Origin: Candidatus Bathyarchaeia archaeon
GTDB taxonomy: Archaea; Thermoproteota; CALKCG01; B24
Length of the DNA: 64,000 bases
Assembly (NCBI GenBank): GCA_038870975.1
Contig: JAVZJD010000002.1
Coordinates: 576,001 to 640,000 of the forward strand
Direction: 5' to 3'
The notes under the pieces are model-generated. The model was not told the origin of the DNA. It saw nothing but the letters and a program-made list of their open reading frames with translations, and ran no database searches. The position numbers and the translations under genes were made by a program. Every line of letters starts with the position of its first letter. Position 1 is the stretch's first letter. Below are positions 49,756-60,187 of the stretch, piece by piece.

Positions 49756-51024
49756 TTATGTGGGCTCCGATTTTTTGAGTTTTTTATCTATTTCTTCGTA
49801 TCCTCGATAGATTTGATAGGCGTTATGTATTATTGTTTCTCCCTCAGCCGACAAAGCGGCTAATAAAAGGGCAGCTCCAGCTCTTATATCCAGCGCCTCC
49901 ACTTCGCTACTAATAAGCTTCTCCACCCCATCGATAACCGCTGTATTATTAATAACTTCGATTTTAGCCCCCATTTTCTTCAATCCTCCTATGTGACTAA
50001 ATCTTTCTGAGAAAATCGAGTCTCTCACAAAGCTTCTGCCCTCTGCTAAGCATAGAACAGCTGATGTCTGTGGTTGAAAATCTGTAGGAAAGCCTGGGTA
50101 CACTCCAGTGGTAATCTCTATTGCTCTAGGCCTCTTAGACATTTTGACATGAACAGACCCTCCCTTAACTCTAATTTCAACACCCATGGCACGCAACTTT
50201 TCGATGAACGCACTTAAGTAATTTGGACAGGTCTCTTCAATTAAGACATCTCCTTTTGTGACCGCAGCTACGAGCATAAAGGTTCCAGTTTCTATTCTAT
50301 CTGGCATTATTGAATACTCTACACCATTTAATTCGTTAACTCCCTCTATTTTGACGGTGTTCGTACCAGCACCTTTTATTCTAGCACCCATGCTATTCAA
50401 GAAGTTTGCTAAATCAATTATCTCTGGTTCTTTAGCTACGTTCTGGATTATAGTAGTGCCCTTAGCTAGGGAGGCAGTGACCATAATATGTTCAGTTGCA
50501 CTCACACTAGGAAACTCAAGAGTCATTACATTACCTCGCAACTGTTTGGCTTCAGCCTCAATTATCTCATCTTCAATATTGATAATAATTTTAGCACCTA
50601 GCCTCTCAAGCCCTAATATATGAGAAACAATTTTACGCGTACCTATTTTACAGCCACCTGGAAGTGACATTTTTGCGTAACCGAACTTCAGTAGTAAAGG
50701 CCCTAACAAATTAATTGAGTATCTCACTGATTGAGTTAATGGTGTTAATAGTTCTGGTTTTTTTAGAATAGGAGTTAAATGAAGGACATTAACTTTAAAG
50801 GTTACTTTGCTACCTATATACTCTAGAAGTTCACACATCTTGTACACATCGAGAATCGCAGGTATGTTTTTCAATACAACATCACTATCAACTATTAAAG
50901 ATGCAGTTATAAGTGGTAAAGCAGAGTTCTTAGCACCACTTATCTTTACCTCCCCTTCTAATCTATATCCTCCTTCTATCACCAACTTTTTAGTTTCCAA
51001 ATTTATCATCTCTATGTAGTCCAT
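49756..51024 (-). CDS. murA: UDP-N-acetylglucosamine 1-carboxyvinyltransferase (MurA)
   Basis: SGAKNS (Lys22-equivalent), LPGGCKIGTR (Cys115/Arg120), PSVSATE, AKEPEI, PDRIETGT, YPGFPTD (Asp305), DIRAG, RGYE. One extra A in the A6 run near the 3' end gives ...KLKKIGAHIKILS* ending at 49742. Confidence 0.95.
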   Translation of the reverse strand: MDYIEMINLETKKLVIEGGYRLEGEVKISGAKNSALPLITASLIVDSDVVLKNIPAILDVYKMCELLEYIGSKVTFKVNVLHLTPILKKPELLTPLTQSVRYSINLLGPLLLKFGYAKMSLPGGCKIGTRKIVSHILGLERLGAKIIINIEDEIIEAEAKQLRGNVMTLEFPSVSATEHIMVTASLAKGTTIIQNVAKEPEIIDLANFLNSMGARIKGAGTNTVKIEGVNELNGVEYSIMPDRIETGTFMLVAAVTKGDVLIEETCPNYLSAFIEKLRAMGVEIRVKGGSVHVKMSKRPRAIEITTGVYPGFPTDFQPQTSAVLCLAEGRSFVRDSIFSERFSHIGGLKKMGAKIEVINNTAVIDGVEKLISSEVEALDIRAGAALLLAALSAEGETIIHNAYQIYRGYEEIDKKLKKSEPT

Positions 51025-51030
51025 TCTAGT

Positions 51031-52326
51031 TTAAACTACACTAAGGATGGGAAAAAGCCTTGCAAACTTAACATAGATATCTAAGAGTTTTCGGGATGAT
51101 TTTTTTGACATTATGTGATTTAGCGGATAGAAAAGTATGGCGCGAAGGTAGTCAAGCTGCGTTGGATCTGGCAGCTCATGATTAATACAAGGTATTCTTC
51201 TATAAAATAAATTAAGGATCGATGTGCGAGCCTTAGCACGACGTTTTGCGATGTATGTACGCTGAGATTGCAATATTTTATCAGCACTTATTTTCTCCAA
51301 CTTTATAACACCCTCCCTGAGAGCTTCGCGGAGGATTCTTTCCCCTCTTTTACTCCTAGCGATAACAAATGACGCGCCAAGTTTATCATACATTAGCTCA
51401 GGCAGCCAAGCATCGCCAAATGAAAGGTCAGCTAACTCACATAACTTATCAGCACATATCGAACAACGTTTAGTGAAAAAGAATTGACCGAATATTAATC
51501 CCCAGTAATATGGTGAATTAAAAGGGATAAAAACCTTAGTACCATTTTTAAGGAGTACCGATAGACCACCCGGCCACCCCTCACTACGGTAATGTATTCT
51601 CCTAACATCCTCCTTTTTTACATTTAATTTCTGAAGCAGAAATTCTGTTGCAGAAAAGGTCGGAGCATGACCACAAAACAGTCCAAGGTGTAGGATTATT
51701 CGCTCCCTCAAAACTTTATTAACAACCTCGGCTTTTCTAACCCCTTGGATATGACATGGCAACCCAACGATAGCAAATCTTTCATTACTTCTTGATTTCA
51801 AGACCTCTTTTAACACTACATTAACAGGTACAGGACAATACTTCGATTTAGAAGCCTCTATCACATCCTCCTTCGTTCTTGCTATAAAAGGCTCTGCTTC
51901 TAAAGGATCGTGATCACTCATCCTTGTTACAATAGCACCGTCTATAATTCCTTTATCTAAGATGAATGTTAATATTTGGGTTACCATGCCTCCTGACGAA
52001 GAATTGTACCTTATGTGATTATCTGTGGAGTATCCAATATACGAAACGATATAATTTCCTAGTAGTTTATTATCAGGTTCTTTTCCAAATATCTCCAAAT
52101 TCAAATCCTTGAAATCCACAGAATAGCTAGGGCAAACACGAAGGCATAATGTGCATCTGTTACACCTTTCACTGCATAGCCGTGGAATATAAGCTTCTTG
52201 TGTTTTAATGAGTTTTATTGCGGAGTTTGGACAAATTCCAACACAAGTTCCGCATCCGATACAAAACCCGGCACTTCGTACTATAGATATATTATTCTTA
52301 GTCGATGTATTTCTATTTTGAATCAA
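51031..52326 (-). CDS. FrhB/FdhB-family (F420 hydrogenase beta-like) Fe-S flavoprotein with N-terminal 2x[4Fe-4S]
   Basis: CIGCGTCVGICP, CNRCTLCLRVCP, SSSGGMVT, SKY, VGLPCHI, GLFCG, CSICAD, DLSFGDAW. Confidence 0.92.
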   Translation of the reverse strand: MIQNRNTSTKNNISIVRSAGFCIGCGTCVGICPNSAIKLIKTQEAYIPRLCSERCNRCTLCLRVCPSYSVDFKDLNLEIFGKEPDNKLLGNYIVSYIGYSTDNHIRYNSSSGGMVTQILTFILDKGIIDGAIVTRMSDHDPLEAEPFIARTKEDVIEASKSKYCPVPVNVVLKEVLKSRSNERFAIVGLPCHIQGVRKAEVVNKVLRERIILHLGLFCGHAPTFSATEFLLQKLNVKKEDVRRIHYRSEGWPGGLSVLLKNGTKVFIPFNSPYYWGLIFGQFFFTKRCSICADKLCELADLSFGDAWLPELMYDKLGASFVIARSKRGERILREALREGVIKLEKISADKILQSQRTYIAKRRAKARTSILNLFYRRIPCINHELPDPTQLDYLRAILFYPLNHIMSKKSSRKLLDIYVKFARLFPILSVV

Positions 52327-52347
52327 ATTCGAGCCCTCTTAATCATC

Positions 52348-53540
52348 TTAAGCTTCACAATTTCGAACACTGCGGGCTCTTATCGCATACTCGTAAATGA
52401 TTCTTTCCCATCTCATGGTTTCCTCCCACGTATACCGTTTTACGACTCCCTCAGGAGGTCGGGAAAGTTTTAGGCGCTCAGTTAAGGGGAGGGAGAGAAT
52501 CTTTAAAATTGCTTCGGCAAACGCTTTAGCATCTCCCATCTTCTTGACCAGAAGTGGTGCATCCTCACCATAAATCTCACGGAGAGGTGGCGAGTAATTA
52601 TATGCGACTATAGGTATTCCTACCGATATTGCCTCATCAACCGTGAGAGGGAGCGCTTGATGCTTGGGAATTACGAGGAGATTGGCTGAAGCCATCATTT
52701 TTATCTTCTCCACCTCACTTACAGGGCCCTTTACCAATACATTTCTCTCAAGTCTCTCTTTCGATTTTTAATTTAATCTCATGCTTCATATGGTTAGGTA
52801 TTTCTCCGCATGTCACTAATTTCGCATCAGGTTTTCTTGAAACCACATGCTTCCATATATCGAGGAGATATGAGATCCCTTTTCTCTCATCGTGTGTACC
52901 GACGAATACAGCGTCAAATTCCTTCTCTATTTGAATGTCTATGCAACGATCAATAAGCCCGTTAGGATTAAAGAAATAGTATCCCTTCTTTGACTTCGAT
53001 GTCTTGATAAAAACATCACGTGAATACTTAGTCACAAAGATTAGGAAGTCTCTTAAAAGAATCCGGAGAAAAACCATCGACAATACAGCACGTATACCGG
53101 CGCCCAATGCACTATTGTTTTTAAATTCAATAGAAAGGCCCTTAATACCATTTGTAGCGCCCCAAAATTAACGGGAGAAGAAGATGTATTGTAATTACAT
53201 AAGGGCTTTTGATGAGCAACAATATAATGTAAACTGTAGCAATAGAGAGCTACCTATATCAGGCGTATGTAATAAGTCTACTTTACGTATGCTTCGTGAT
53301 GTAACCCTACTCATACGTATAGATATTTTAAAACGAAGTCGAACACCATTCCTAGTAAAAGTAGAAAAGACGAGGGGTATCCTTAGCGTTCAACCATAAT
53401 CCTAGACTCATGGGGGATAATGGGGTTAAAATTTTATAATCATGCGCCAAAAAAAAAACCAGATGCTTCTTCATATATTACAGTTGGGTCATATAAGTGT
53501 CTTGAATATGCTGATCCAAACGGAACCAGCAAGACCATAG
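52348..53540 (-). pseudogene. Multiply frameshifted GT4 glycosyltransferase, paralogue of 54698..55975
   Basis: Fragments FVGTHDERKG...KPDAKLVTCG and PYVITIHL match the neighbour's FIGVHDERKG...KPNAKLVTCG and PCVVTIQL; frame breaks at ~52755 and several more upstream; 5' limit approximate. Confidence 0.8.
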
Positions 53541-53575
53541 ACGCATGAAAATTGTGAGTGCCGAAGTTACAGACT

Positions 53576-54694
53576 TTACCCTCTAAAATCTATGATCTCC
53601 TTGAACGGTATTCCAAGAAATCTTAAACCAATAACTCTAGTGTAGTGATAATCATCTATAATGATGGGTATGAGAGTTCCCTTCATCACGTAACCCAAGA
53701 GAGTAAAGTGGAAACTCGATCCCATGAAAGTCCCTGCTCTAACCTTTATTAATAGTTCTTCATAAGTTTGAGCTTTTATAATTTCTACATGTTCCATATC
53801 AAAGCCCTTATTTTTTATGAAATCTAAGAATTCATATGAATATTCCTCCTCTTGAAAAGCTATTATGATAATCTGAATGAACTTTGGTTTCAACTGAATA
53901 ATTTTATTCCATATTACTTTATAGTATTTTTCCTTCAGTTCCTTTTTCAGGGGAGGACGTATATGAATAGCTAGAACATCATCTGAAGCTGTTGCAATAT
54001 ACTGGTACCAGCAATGAAGTAATCTAAGTAATCCCCAATCTTTAGCTAAACGAACCCTTAAATGTTTGGGAGAGACATCTTTTACTACTATTAGACTCAT
54101 AGGCTCTCTTACATACGCCAAATCCATTTGCTTAAATAGTAGTCTTAGCCCCAATTTAAACTTCCTACTTATTACAGGACCTATAGAAGATGGCCCTAAC
54201 ACTACTTTAATCCTTTGAAGTTTGGCGGATATAGAAAGTACTAATAGTGGAATAAGAGTGCTTTTCCACCATGCCTCATTTAGATATCCACCTCCAGAAA
54301 ATACCAACATATCAGCCTTGCGAATTGCTATTGCCAAATTTATTAAAGGATTTTTTGATCTAACTAATATGGGTAAAGGCAATGCTGATATGCCAAGAAA
54401 ACCTATAAGGTTTAAGAGAAATTCTATGTTCCTCAACAATTTTCTTTTAAAGTGCTTAGGTCGACAGGAGTCTATGATATCTGGAAGAACTGAGACCTCA
54501 CATTTACTATGGAAACAGCCTAAGTTTTTCTTCAATTCCGGATATATGTACTTTTTAAAGTTTTCGTAGTCTGGTGCAATTATTGTTAGGCGACCAATCT
54601 TTGAGAAGAATTCTAGCGCAAACATATCTATTGCTTTATCGCCTATATTTATATACTCTGCATCTAGGCGCAAGATTATGTTATGTCTTGTCAT
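53576..54694 (-). CDS. Polysaccharide pyruvyl transferase family protein (WcaK/CsaB-like)
   Basis: NIGDKAI, FSGGGYL, PSSIGP, VREPMS, SSFH motifs. Confidence 0.85.
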   Translation of the reverse strand: MTRHNIILRLDAEYINIGDKAIDMFALEFFSKIGRLTIIAPDYENFKKYIYPELKKNLGCFHSKCEVSVLPDIIDSCRPKHFKRKLLRNIEFLLNLIGFLGISALPLPILVRSKNPLINLAIAIRKADMLVFSGGGYLNEAWWKSTLIPLLVLSISAKLQRIKVVLGPSSIGPVISRKFKLGLRLLFKQMDLAYVREPMSLIVVKDVSPKHLRVRLAKDWGLLRLLHCWYQYIATASDDVLAIHIRPPLKKELKEKYYKVIWNKIIQLKPKFIQIIIIAFQEEEYSYEFLDFIKNKGFDMEHVEIIKAQTYEELLIKVRAGTFMGSSFHFTLLGYVMKGTLIPIIIDDYHYTRVIGLRFLGIPFKEIIDFRG

Positions 54695-54697
54695 GAT

Positions 54698-55975
54698 TCA
54701 GCGCCTACAGCTTTTTAGGAAATCCTTTATGACCATAATATAAATGCTTCTCTCTTTTCTCAATACAGCGTTCCAAGTCAAGTTTTTAATATGCAACTGA
54801 GCGATCCTAGATAGAGCCTTAAGCATATCAGTATTCTCTAGTAATTCTATCACTTTTTTAGCAAACACCTCAGTATTAGCTTGAGGAATAGAAATTACTG
54901 CCTTAGATTTTTTAAAAAAAGAATCTTTAAATTCAGGAATATCATAGACTACAACAGGTAATCCCATAGCTAAAGCTTCTATAACCACTATGGGGAAAGC
55001 TTCATGTCTACTTGGAAGCACAAAGATTCTTGAACGGGCAAGAAGCTGAATCTTCTCATCCTCGCTTACAGAACCCATTAATAAAATGTTCTCGTGTAAG
55101 CTATAGTCTCTTATCCTGTCGAGTATTTTATCTTTCATGTGTTTTGGAATTACTCCACATGTTACTAATTTTGCATTAGGCTTAACTTGAATAACATGCT
55201 TCCACACCTTCATCAACTCTAAAATCCCTTTTCGTTCATCATGCACACCGATAAAAATACCATCATATATCTTTGTTCCTTCATATTTCTTCATAATCAT
55301 ATTTGAAACACCATTATAATTCACAAATGTAAGCTTCTTTGTCTTTACCAAGCTAAGAAATTTAGCTTTAGTCCATTCACTAACAGTTATCAGATAACAT
55401 CTTTTTAGAATACTTAGAAAGATAGAAGTGGTTAAAGTATTGAAAAGCGCTTTCAACAGCCTATACTTGCTCCTGAAATGCATGTAGAGCGACTTCATAT
55501 CAGAGCTCCCTGACTCTAACAACCATTTTGGAATCAGTTGTATCGTAACCACGCAAGGTCTACGCAAAATTACACTTACTAAATAGCCGTATAACACCCA
55601 AGAAGATAGTGCATCAGGTACAAGGATGATGTCTGGATAATGTTTACCATAGCGAATTTCAAGAGTTTTTTTTAAAAATTTAAAGGCGTTCACGATGAGA
55701 AGAAATATTCTTTCCTCGTTATATCCCCTACCATAGCCTTTAACTGAATATGCTTGATAGTGCGGCAGGCTATAACCAAGTGTTCTTTGCACGTAATCTC
55801 TTAACTGAGCCATAGGAGTGAATTCTATTGTTGCGTAGTCTATTCCGACCATCTTCCCCCTCATCAAAAGCTCAAAGATCCTTCTATAATTTCCAGCAAA
55901 AAAATCTGGCATAAAGTGAGGTAAGATCATTAAAACATTAATATCCTTTTTCGATCTATTAGCATTCCCATTCAT
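54698..55975 (-). CDS. GT4 glycosyltransferase
   Basis: RKG, LPSRHEAFPIVVIEALAMGLPVV. Confidence 0.92.
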   Translation of the reverse strand: MNGNANRSKKDINVLMILPHFMPDFFAGNYRRIFELLMRGKMVGIDYATIEFTPMAQLRDYVQRTLGYSLPHYQAYSVKGYGRGYNEERIFLLIVNAFKFLKKTLEIRYGKHYPDIILVPDALSSWVLYGYLVSVILRRPCVVTIQLIPKWLLESGSSDMKSLYMHFRSKYRLLKALFNTLTTSIFLSILKRCYLITVSEWTKAKFLSLVKTKKLTFVNYNGVSNMIMKKYEGTKIYDGIFIGVHDERKGILELMKVWKHVIQVKPNAKLVTCGVIPKHMKDKILDRIRDYSLHENILLMGSVSEDEKIQLLARSRIFVLPSRHEAFPIVVIEALAMGLPVVVYDIPEFKDSFFKKSKAVISIPQANTEVFAKKVIELLENTDMLKALSRIAQLHIKNLTWNAVLRKERSIYIMVIKDFLKSCRR

Positions 55976-55979
55976 TGAC

Positions 55980-56909
55980 TTACACTTTATGTTCTTTGCT
56001 GGTTATTGCTTCTCCGCGTATATAGGCATCACCTTCACAATAATACCGCCTCGTAAGGAATCCCTCTTTTTTTAAAAAGTTTTCTACCTCGTCAGCTTCA
56101 GTTGATGTATGGTAAGATGCTATAACAAATCTACGGCACTTGTCAAGAGATTTTCCGAAGCCCCTTAGAACATGAAGTTCAGCGCCTTCAACATCTATCT
56201 TAACTAGGTCGAACTATTCTATTCCCGAGATTTTTGCTAAATTATCAAAGGTTATTGCTTTTACCGTTAAGTACTTTCTCATCTTCTTTCTCTTTACAAT
56301 GCTCGGCGCCATTGAATACCCTGTTGTCTCTGAACTAACGTAAAGCCTAAATATGCCTTCATGGGAGAATAATGCCAGCTTTAATGGTATGACATTTTTA
56401 AGCCGATTAAGGCGAATGTTCATATTAAGAACTTTATAGTTGCTAGTGCAAGGTTCAATGGCTAATACTTGAGATGCTCGCCTTGCACAATGTAATGTGA
56501 AAGCGCCAATATGTGCTCCAACATCAACTGTTATGAAATTAGGCTTAATTGAATAATAATGATCGTAACTTTTTGCCTCGAATACATCATGTATAGCGAA
56601 ATAGTCGGTTATTCTAAAAAGTAAAGGGCCATCTTCTGACAAGTATAAGCCTAAAATTTTGTTCCCAACTTTTCTGTAGGCTTCCTCATTTAGTATATGC
56701 TTGAGTAACTTTCCCGTTACCATGAAGGGGAGGAAAAGAGCGAAACTAACAAATTTCACTCCACGGTAATATGTTACTAGAATCTGCTTTATGTCACACA
56801 TTAGCCTTCGTATTCTTGGTACTGCAACAAAAATGTTTATATCAAAGAACATACTAACAGCCAGAAATACTTTATGGATTGAAATAGATTCTGTATGTCT
56901 GAGCATCAA
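55980..56909 (-). pseudogene. FkbM methyltransferase interrupted by one in-frame TAG at 56214-56216
   Basis: VDVGAHIG, IEP; the same frame continues past the TAG as FDLVKIDVEGAELHVLRG...EHKV* to 55980. Confidence 0.88.
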
Positions 56910-58659
56910 AAACTCTATCGTAGTCGTAACATACTTTCTCTTTTATCGCTACTCTTCTTTCAGCAATAGCTTTCAGTCCCTGGGCCCATATATCGCCTGT
57001 AGAAGCTCCCACTTTCAGCTCGACAAATTCCAAGATGTAACTATGAGGCTTACCATAATGGTCTTCAAGCCGTCCGATATTCCCTAATTTTTCTAGCGGC
57101 AAAATCATTGTTAATAGCTCGGCCAGATCTGAAAGGATAACGCCTTCACCAAACGGATGAATACTAATAAACGCTTTTAAATGTATGTAGCTGGGGCTAG
57201 GGAAGTCTGCCTCATTATATGAAATACTTGGATCGTAGAATTGTCGTGGAAAATATGACTCCCACGGGGATAGAAAAGACACGAAAACTATGAAAATAGT
57301 TACAGCTACCGCTACCCATTTCAAAAGCCTTCGTTTAGACTCCAATGATAATGAGAAAAATAAGCAAAAAGAATAGGCTATTATTGGGAATAATAAAACT
57401 CGAAAGATGAAAACGTGGGACCAAGTGAGCAAACGCAACATCATATACGGAGAAAATGAAAAAATAAAAAGTAGCGGATATAGCTCACCTCTAGAAAGCC
57501 TTTTTCTCACAAGCTTATAAAGCATAAAGACGCTAACAGCCGGTAACGATAGGTCCAGCAAAAAAGCCCTTATACGAGGCAAATAAATCCACGGCACTGG
57601 CACAACAGCCTCCGGCATCACAGATACAGTCGAAAAAATGCTTTCAACTTTAGAACCATACTCGGGATAAATAAGATTTCTCAAAATAGTATTAAAAATG
57701 ACTGGAATTCCTTTCGTAACGGGCGAGGTAATAAACACCATAAAGTTGTACATAAAGAATGCAATGAAATGGAGAGTGGACAGCCTTAGCAGGGAGTTTA
57801 ACTTTACCCGTTCGATAAACATTTGTTTATGCATCAAGTATGCCACTAAAGTGAACGTAAACATGATTATGCTGCATTCTGCAGGTATTGAACTATGTAA
57901 AAGTGAAAGAAATAAGATTAAAAAGATAATCATGCAAACAAGTTTTACGGACGAATTAGTAGTGAGGTACTTATACAAAAAGTATAAAATAAGGTAGAAA
58001 AAGGCCAGTGCCAAGATTCTATGATAAAAGCAGATTCCAACATAAACCATGGCTGGTGCTGTGGCAAAAATAAGCATAGCCGCTGGAGCAACGAGATTTT
58101 TCATTTTTACATTGGGCATTAAATTCTCGACGAATAATACCACGCAAAGAAGCATAAAGATATTGACGAAAAATGGCAGGATGCAGCTTGCCTTTAAAGG
58201 GTCAACTCCTAAAATCAATGTGAAAAAAGCCGCCAAAGTTGAGAAAATTGGATAGTAAGCAGAGTTGCCTGGGCCAATCGTCAATTCTCTGTAAGTATTA
58301 CTAATGCTTATTTGTCCACTATCTAATATGGACCTTAAATTCGTAAATTCCATGTATGGGTCTCTGAATGGAAGTACGTTATACCTAGAGCCTAATACAT
58401 ATATGCTCCGCAAGATAAGCATTAAAGCTATTATGAAAAAGTAGGTTACAAACTTCCATCGTTCATCAAACATGACGGAAATGACCGAAGTAATACTCAA
58501 CAATAATGATGCAGTTATATAAAGCCATAGTGGCAGAGATTTGGTCGCCAATGCCCATGCTATAATGCAAAACGCAGTGACAAATACCAAAAAGCAAAAG
58601 GCAAGACAGGGAAATCCGAACGATCTCACACGTAGCAAAGTGATAGGGCTTCCTCCCAA
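56872..58659 (-). CDS. Polytopic membrane protein (DUF2206-like), putative GT-C transferase/polymerase
   Basis: About 13 TMs, PFRDPY and YYP loop motifs, C-terminal DRVFD; glycan-locus context. Confidence 0.62.
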   Translation of the reverse strand: MGGSPITLLRVRSFGFPCLAFCFLVFVTAFCIIAWALATKSLPLWLYITASLLLSITSVISVMFDERWKFVTYFFIIALMLILRSIYVLGSRYNVLPFRDPYMEFTNLRSILDSGQISISNTYRELTIGPGNSAYYPIFSTLAAFFTLILGVDPLKASCILPFFVNIFMLLCVVLFVENLMPNVKMKNLVAPAAMLIFATAPAMVYVGICFYHRILALAFFYLILYFLYKYLTTNSSVKLVCMIIFLILFLSLLHSSIPAECSIIMFTFTLVAYLMHKQMFIERVKLNSLLRLSTLHFIAFFMYNFMVFITSPVTKGIPVIFNTILRNLIYPEYGSKVESIFSTVSVMPEAVVPVPWIYLPRIRAFLLDLSLPAVSVFMLYKLVRKRLSRGELYPLLFIFSFSPYMMLRLLTWSHVFIFRVLLFPIIAYSFCLFFSLSLESKRRLLKWVAVAVTIFIVFVSFLSPWESYFPRQFYDPSISYNEADFPSPSYIHLKAFISIHPFGEGVILSDLAELLTMILPLEKLGNIGRLEDHYGKPHSYILEFVELKVGASTGDIWAQGLKAIAERRVAIKEKVCYDYDRVFDAQTYRIYFNP

Positions 58660-59780
58660 ACCTCATGCAGGCGTTTAAAGCCTTTGCTATATGCAAAATC
58701 TTCTTGAATAGTTTTTCTGGCGTTCTCCCCCATTATACTCCGCAGTCTATCGTCTCTAAGAAGAATATCCATTGCCTTATAGAGGCTTTCCACATTTTTC
58801 TCAGACACCACTAAACCATTGAACCCGTGCCTTACCAGTCCATCCTTCACAGACCCAACAGCATTCGTAACTATCACAGGCTTGCCAACGGACATGGCTT
58901 CACATACAGCTAGAGGCCATTCTTCAGGAATTTCTAAAGTAATGGATGGGTAAACAAAAATATCGCAAATCAAAAACAAAGCATTCTTATCCTCAGGCTC
59001 TACAAACCCGTAAAAGAGTACATTGGATATTCCAAGATCTCTACATAATTTTTCCAGATTGGCCCGCTCAGGGCCGTCTCCACATATCAGCAGAAAAACG
59101 TCTTTATGCTCGTTATGAATCCTTTTAAAGGCCCTGATCAAAAATTCAACTCCCTTCTTCTTTATTAGCCTTCCGAAAAAGAGGACTATGGCCTTACTCT
59201 CTAATCCCAGGCACCTACGTATTTCCTCAGTCCTCAAAATATCTTTTCTGCCAATATCAAGTTTAGGTACATAATCTGGAGGAAAACCTATCCTCATTTT
59301 CTCAACAGGGATTCCGACTTCTCTCCAAAAAATACTGGCTCCCCTTGTCAGATAGAGTAACGTGCTATGTTGGGCCACTAATCTGCTCAGCGGAAAATGA
59401 AGTTTTGCGAAGAAGGTACTCGGCCAGTACCAATGATTATCACCGACAACTACAGGTCTCCCCAAAGCCTTCGCAAAAATAAACGCCAGAAAAGCCCACC
59501 ACCCCATCAAGCCGCAAGAAACCATATGAAACCCCCTTCGAGCCAGCCGATGTATAATCCATGGGGAGTAAACGAACTCCCACAAGAAGATGGATTTTAG
59601 GCTCATCATCCCAAAAGTACCTAAAGAGTATCGGTAAATTATATATTCGCCATTTTTAACAAAAGAAGCATAAGCTTTACGGAATGAATTAGGCAACTTG
59701 TACCTCAAAGAATCTGCGAATAAAGTAGGGCCGCGAATCTGCATTATTATTTTTTTATCCATATTCATGACCCCTATCAT
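58626..59780 (-). CDS. GT4 glycosyltransferase
   Basis: FFGRLIKKKG, GDGPE, EEWPLAVCEAMSVGKPVI. Confidence 0.92.
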   Translation of the reverse strand: MIGVMNMDKKIIMQIRGPTLFADSLRYKLPNSFRKAYASFVKNGEYIIYRYSLGTFGMMSLKSIFLWEFVYSPWIIHRLARRGFHMVSCGLMGWWAFLAFIFAKALGRPVVVGDNHWYWPSTFFAKLHFPLSRLVAQHSTLLYLTRGASIFWREVGIPVEKMRIGFPPDYVPKLDIGRKDILRTEEIRRCLGLESKAIVLFFGRLIKKKGVEFLIRAFKRIHNEHKDVFLLICGDGPERANLEKLCRDLGISNVLFYGFVEPEDKNALFLICDIFVYPSITLEIPEEWPLAVCEAMSVGKPVIVTNAVGSVKDGLVRHGFNGLVVSEKNVESLYKAMDILLRDDRLRSIMGENARKTIQEDFAYSKGFKRLHEVWEEALSLCYV

Positions 59781-59952
59781 AGGAAAAGTCTAAGAGCTTA
59801 ACAAGCTACTCAGTAGACTTCTCATATCAAAACGGCCTGAGGATTTCCCTCCCATCTTCGATGCCCGCCTTCATTAGGCACATTTAAAAAAACAGTCAAC
59901 AGTACTTTCGATTAGGTCAATTGACAATTTGTAATCATCACAATAAAAAGCT

Positions 59953-60042
59953 TCACACTTTGCCCTCAATGTCTTCGGCTATTTCTGATATCCCGCTTAT
60001 GTTTGAAGCTATAACAACATTTTCCATAGCATTGATTTCATA
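59953..60042 (-). pseudogene. GT4 C-terminal remnant
   Basis: Translates AMENVVIASNISGISEIAE, similar to IIASNVGGIPEIAS of 61367..62563. Confidence 0.65.
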
Positions 60043-60187
60043 AGCGTGTAAGTGATGGTTTATGTATTAATGATGGCATACTCTCATGACGCTTCCCATC
60101 TATCTCATAATATACATACAGTTGGGATTACGTACATCCGTTTAAGTAGAACCTTTGTTACACTCAGATGGTCTTTAGACCTTAATA

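Noticed and set aside
49756-51024. MurA as evidence of peptidoglycan synthesis, or as a misread AroA
   Set aside because: No other mur genes are in the window and the context is archaeal; the motifs (LPGGC, PGFPTD, RGYE) are MurA-type, not EPSP synthase
51031-52326. FrhB as part of an F420-reducing hydrogenase or methanogenesis module
   Set aside because: No frhA/frhG or formate dehydrogenase subunits nearby; it is embedded among glycosyltransferases
56214-56216. Genome-wide amber recoding
   Set aside because: TAG ends many intact genes here (for example leuS and moxR) and no pyl genes are in the window
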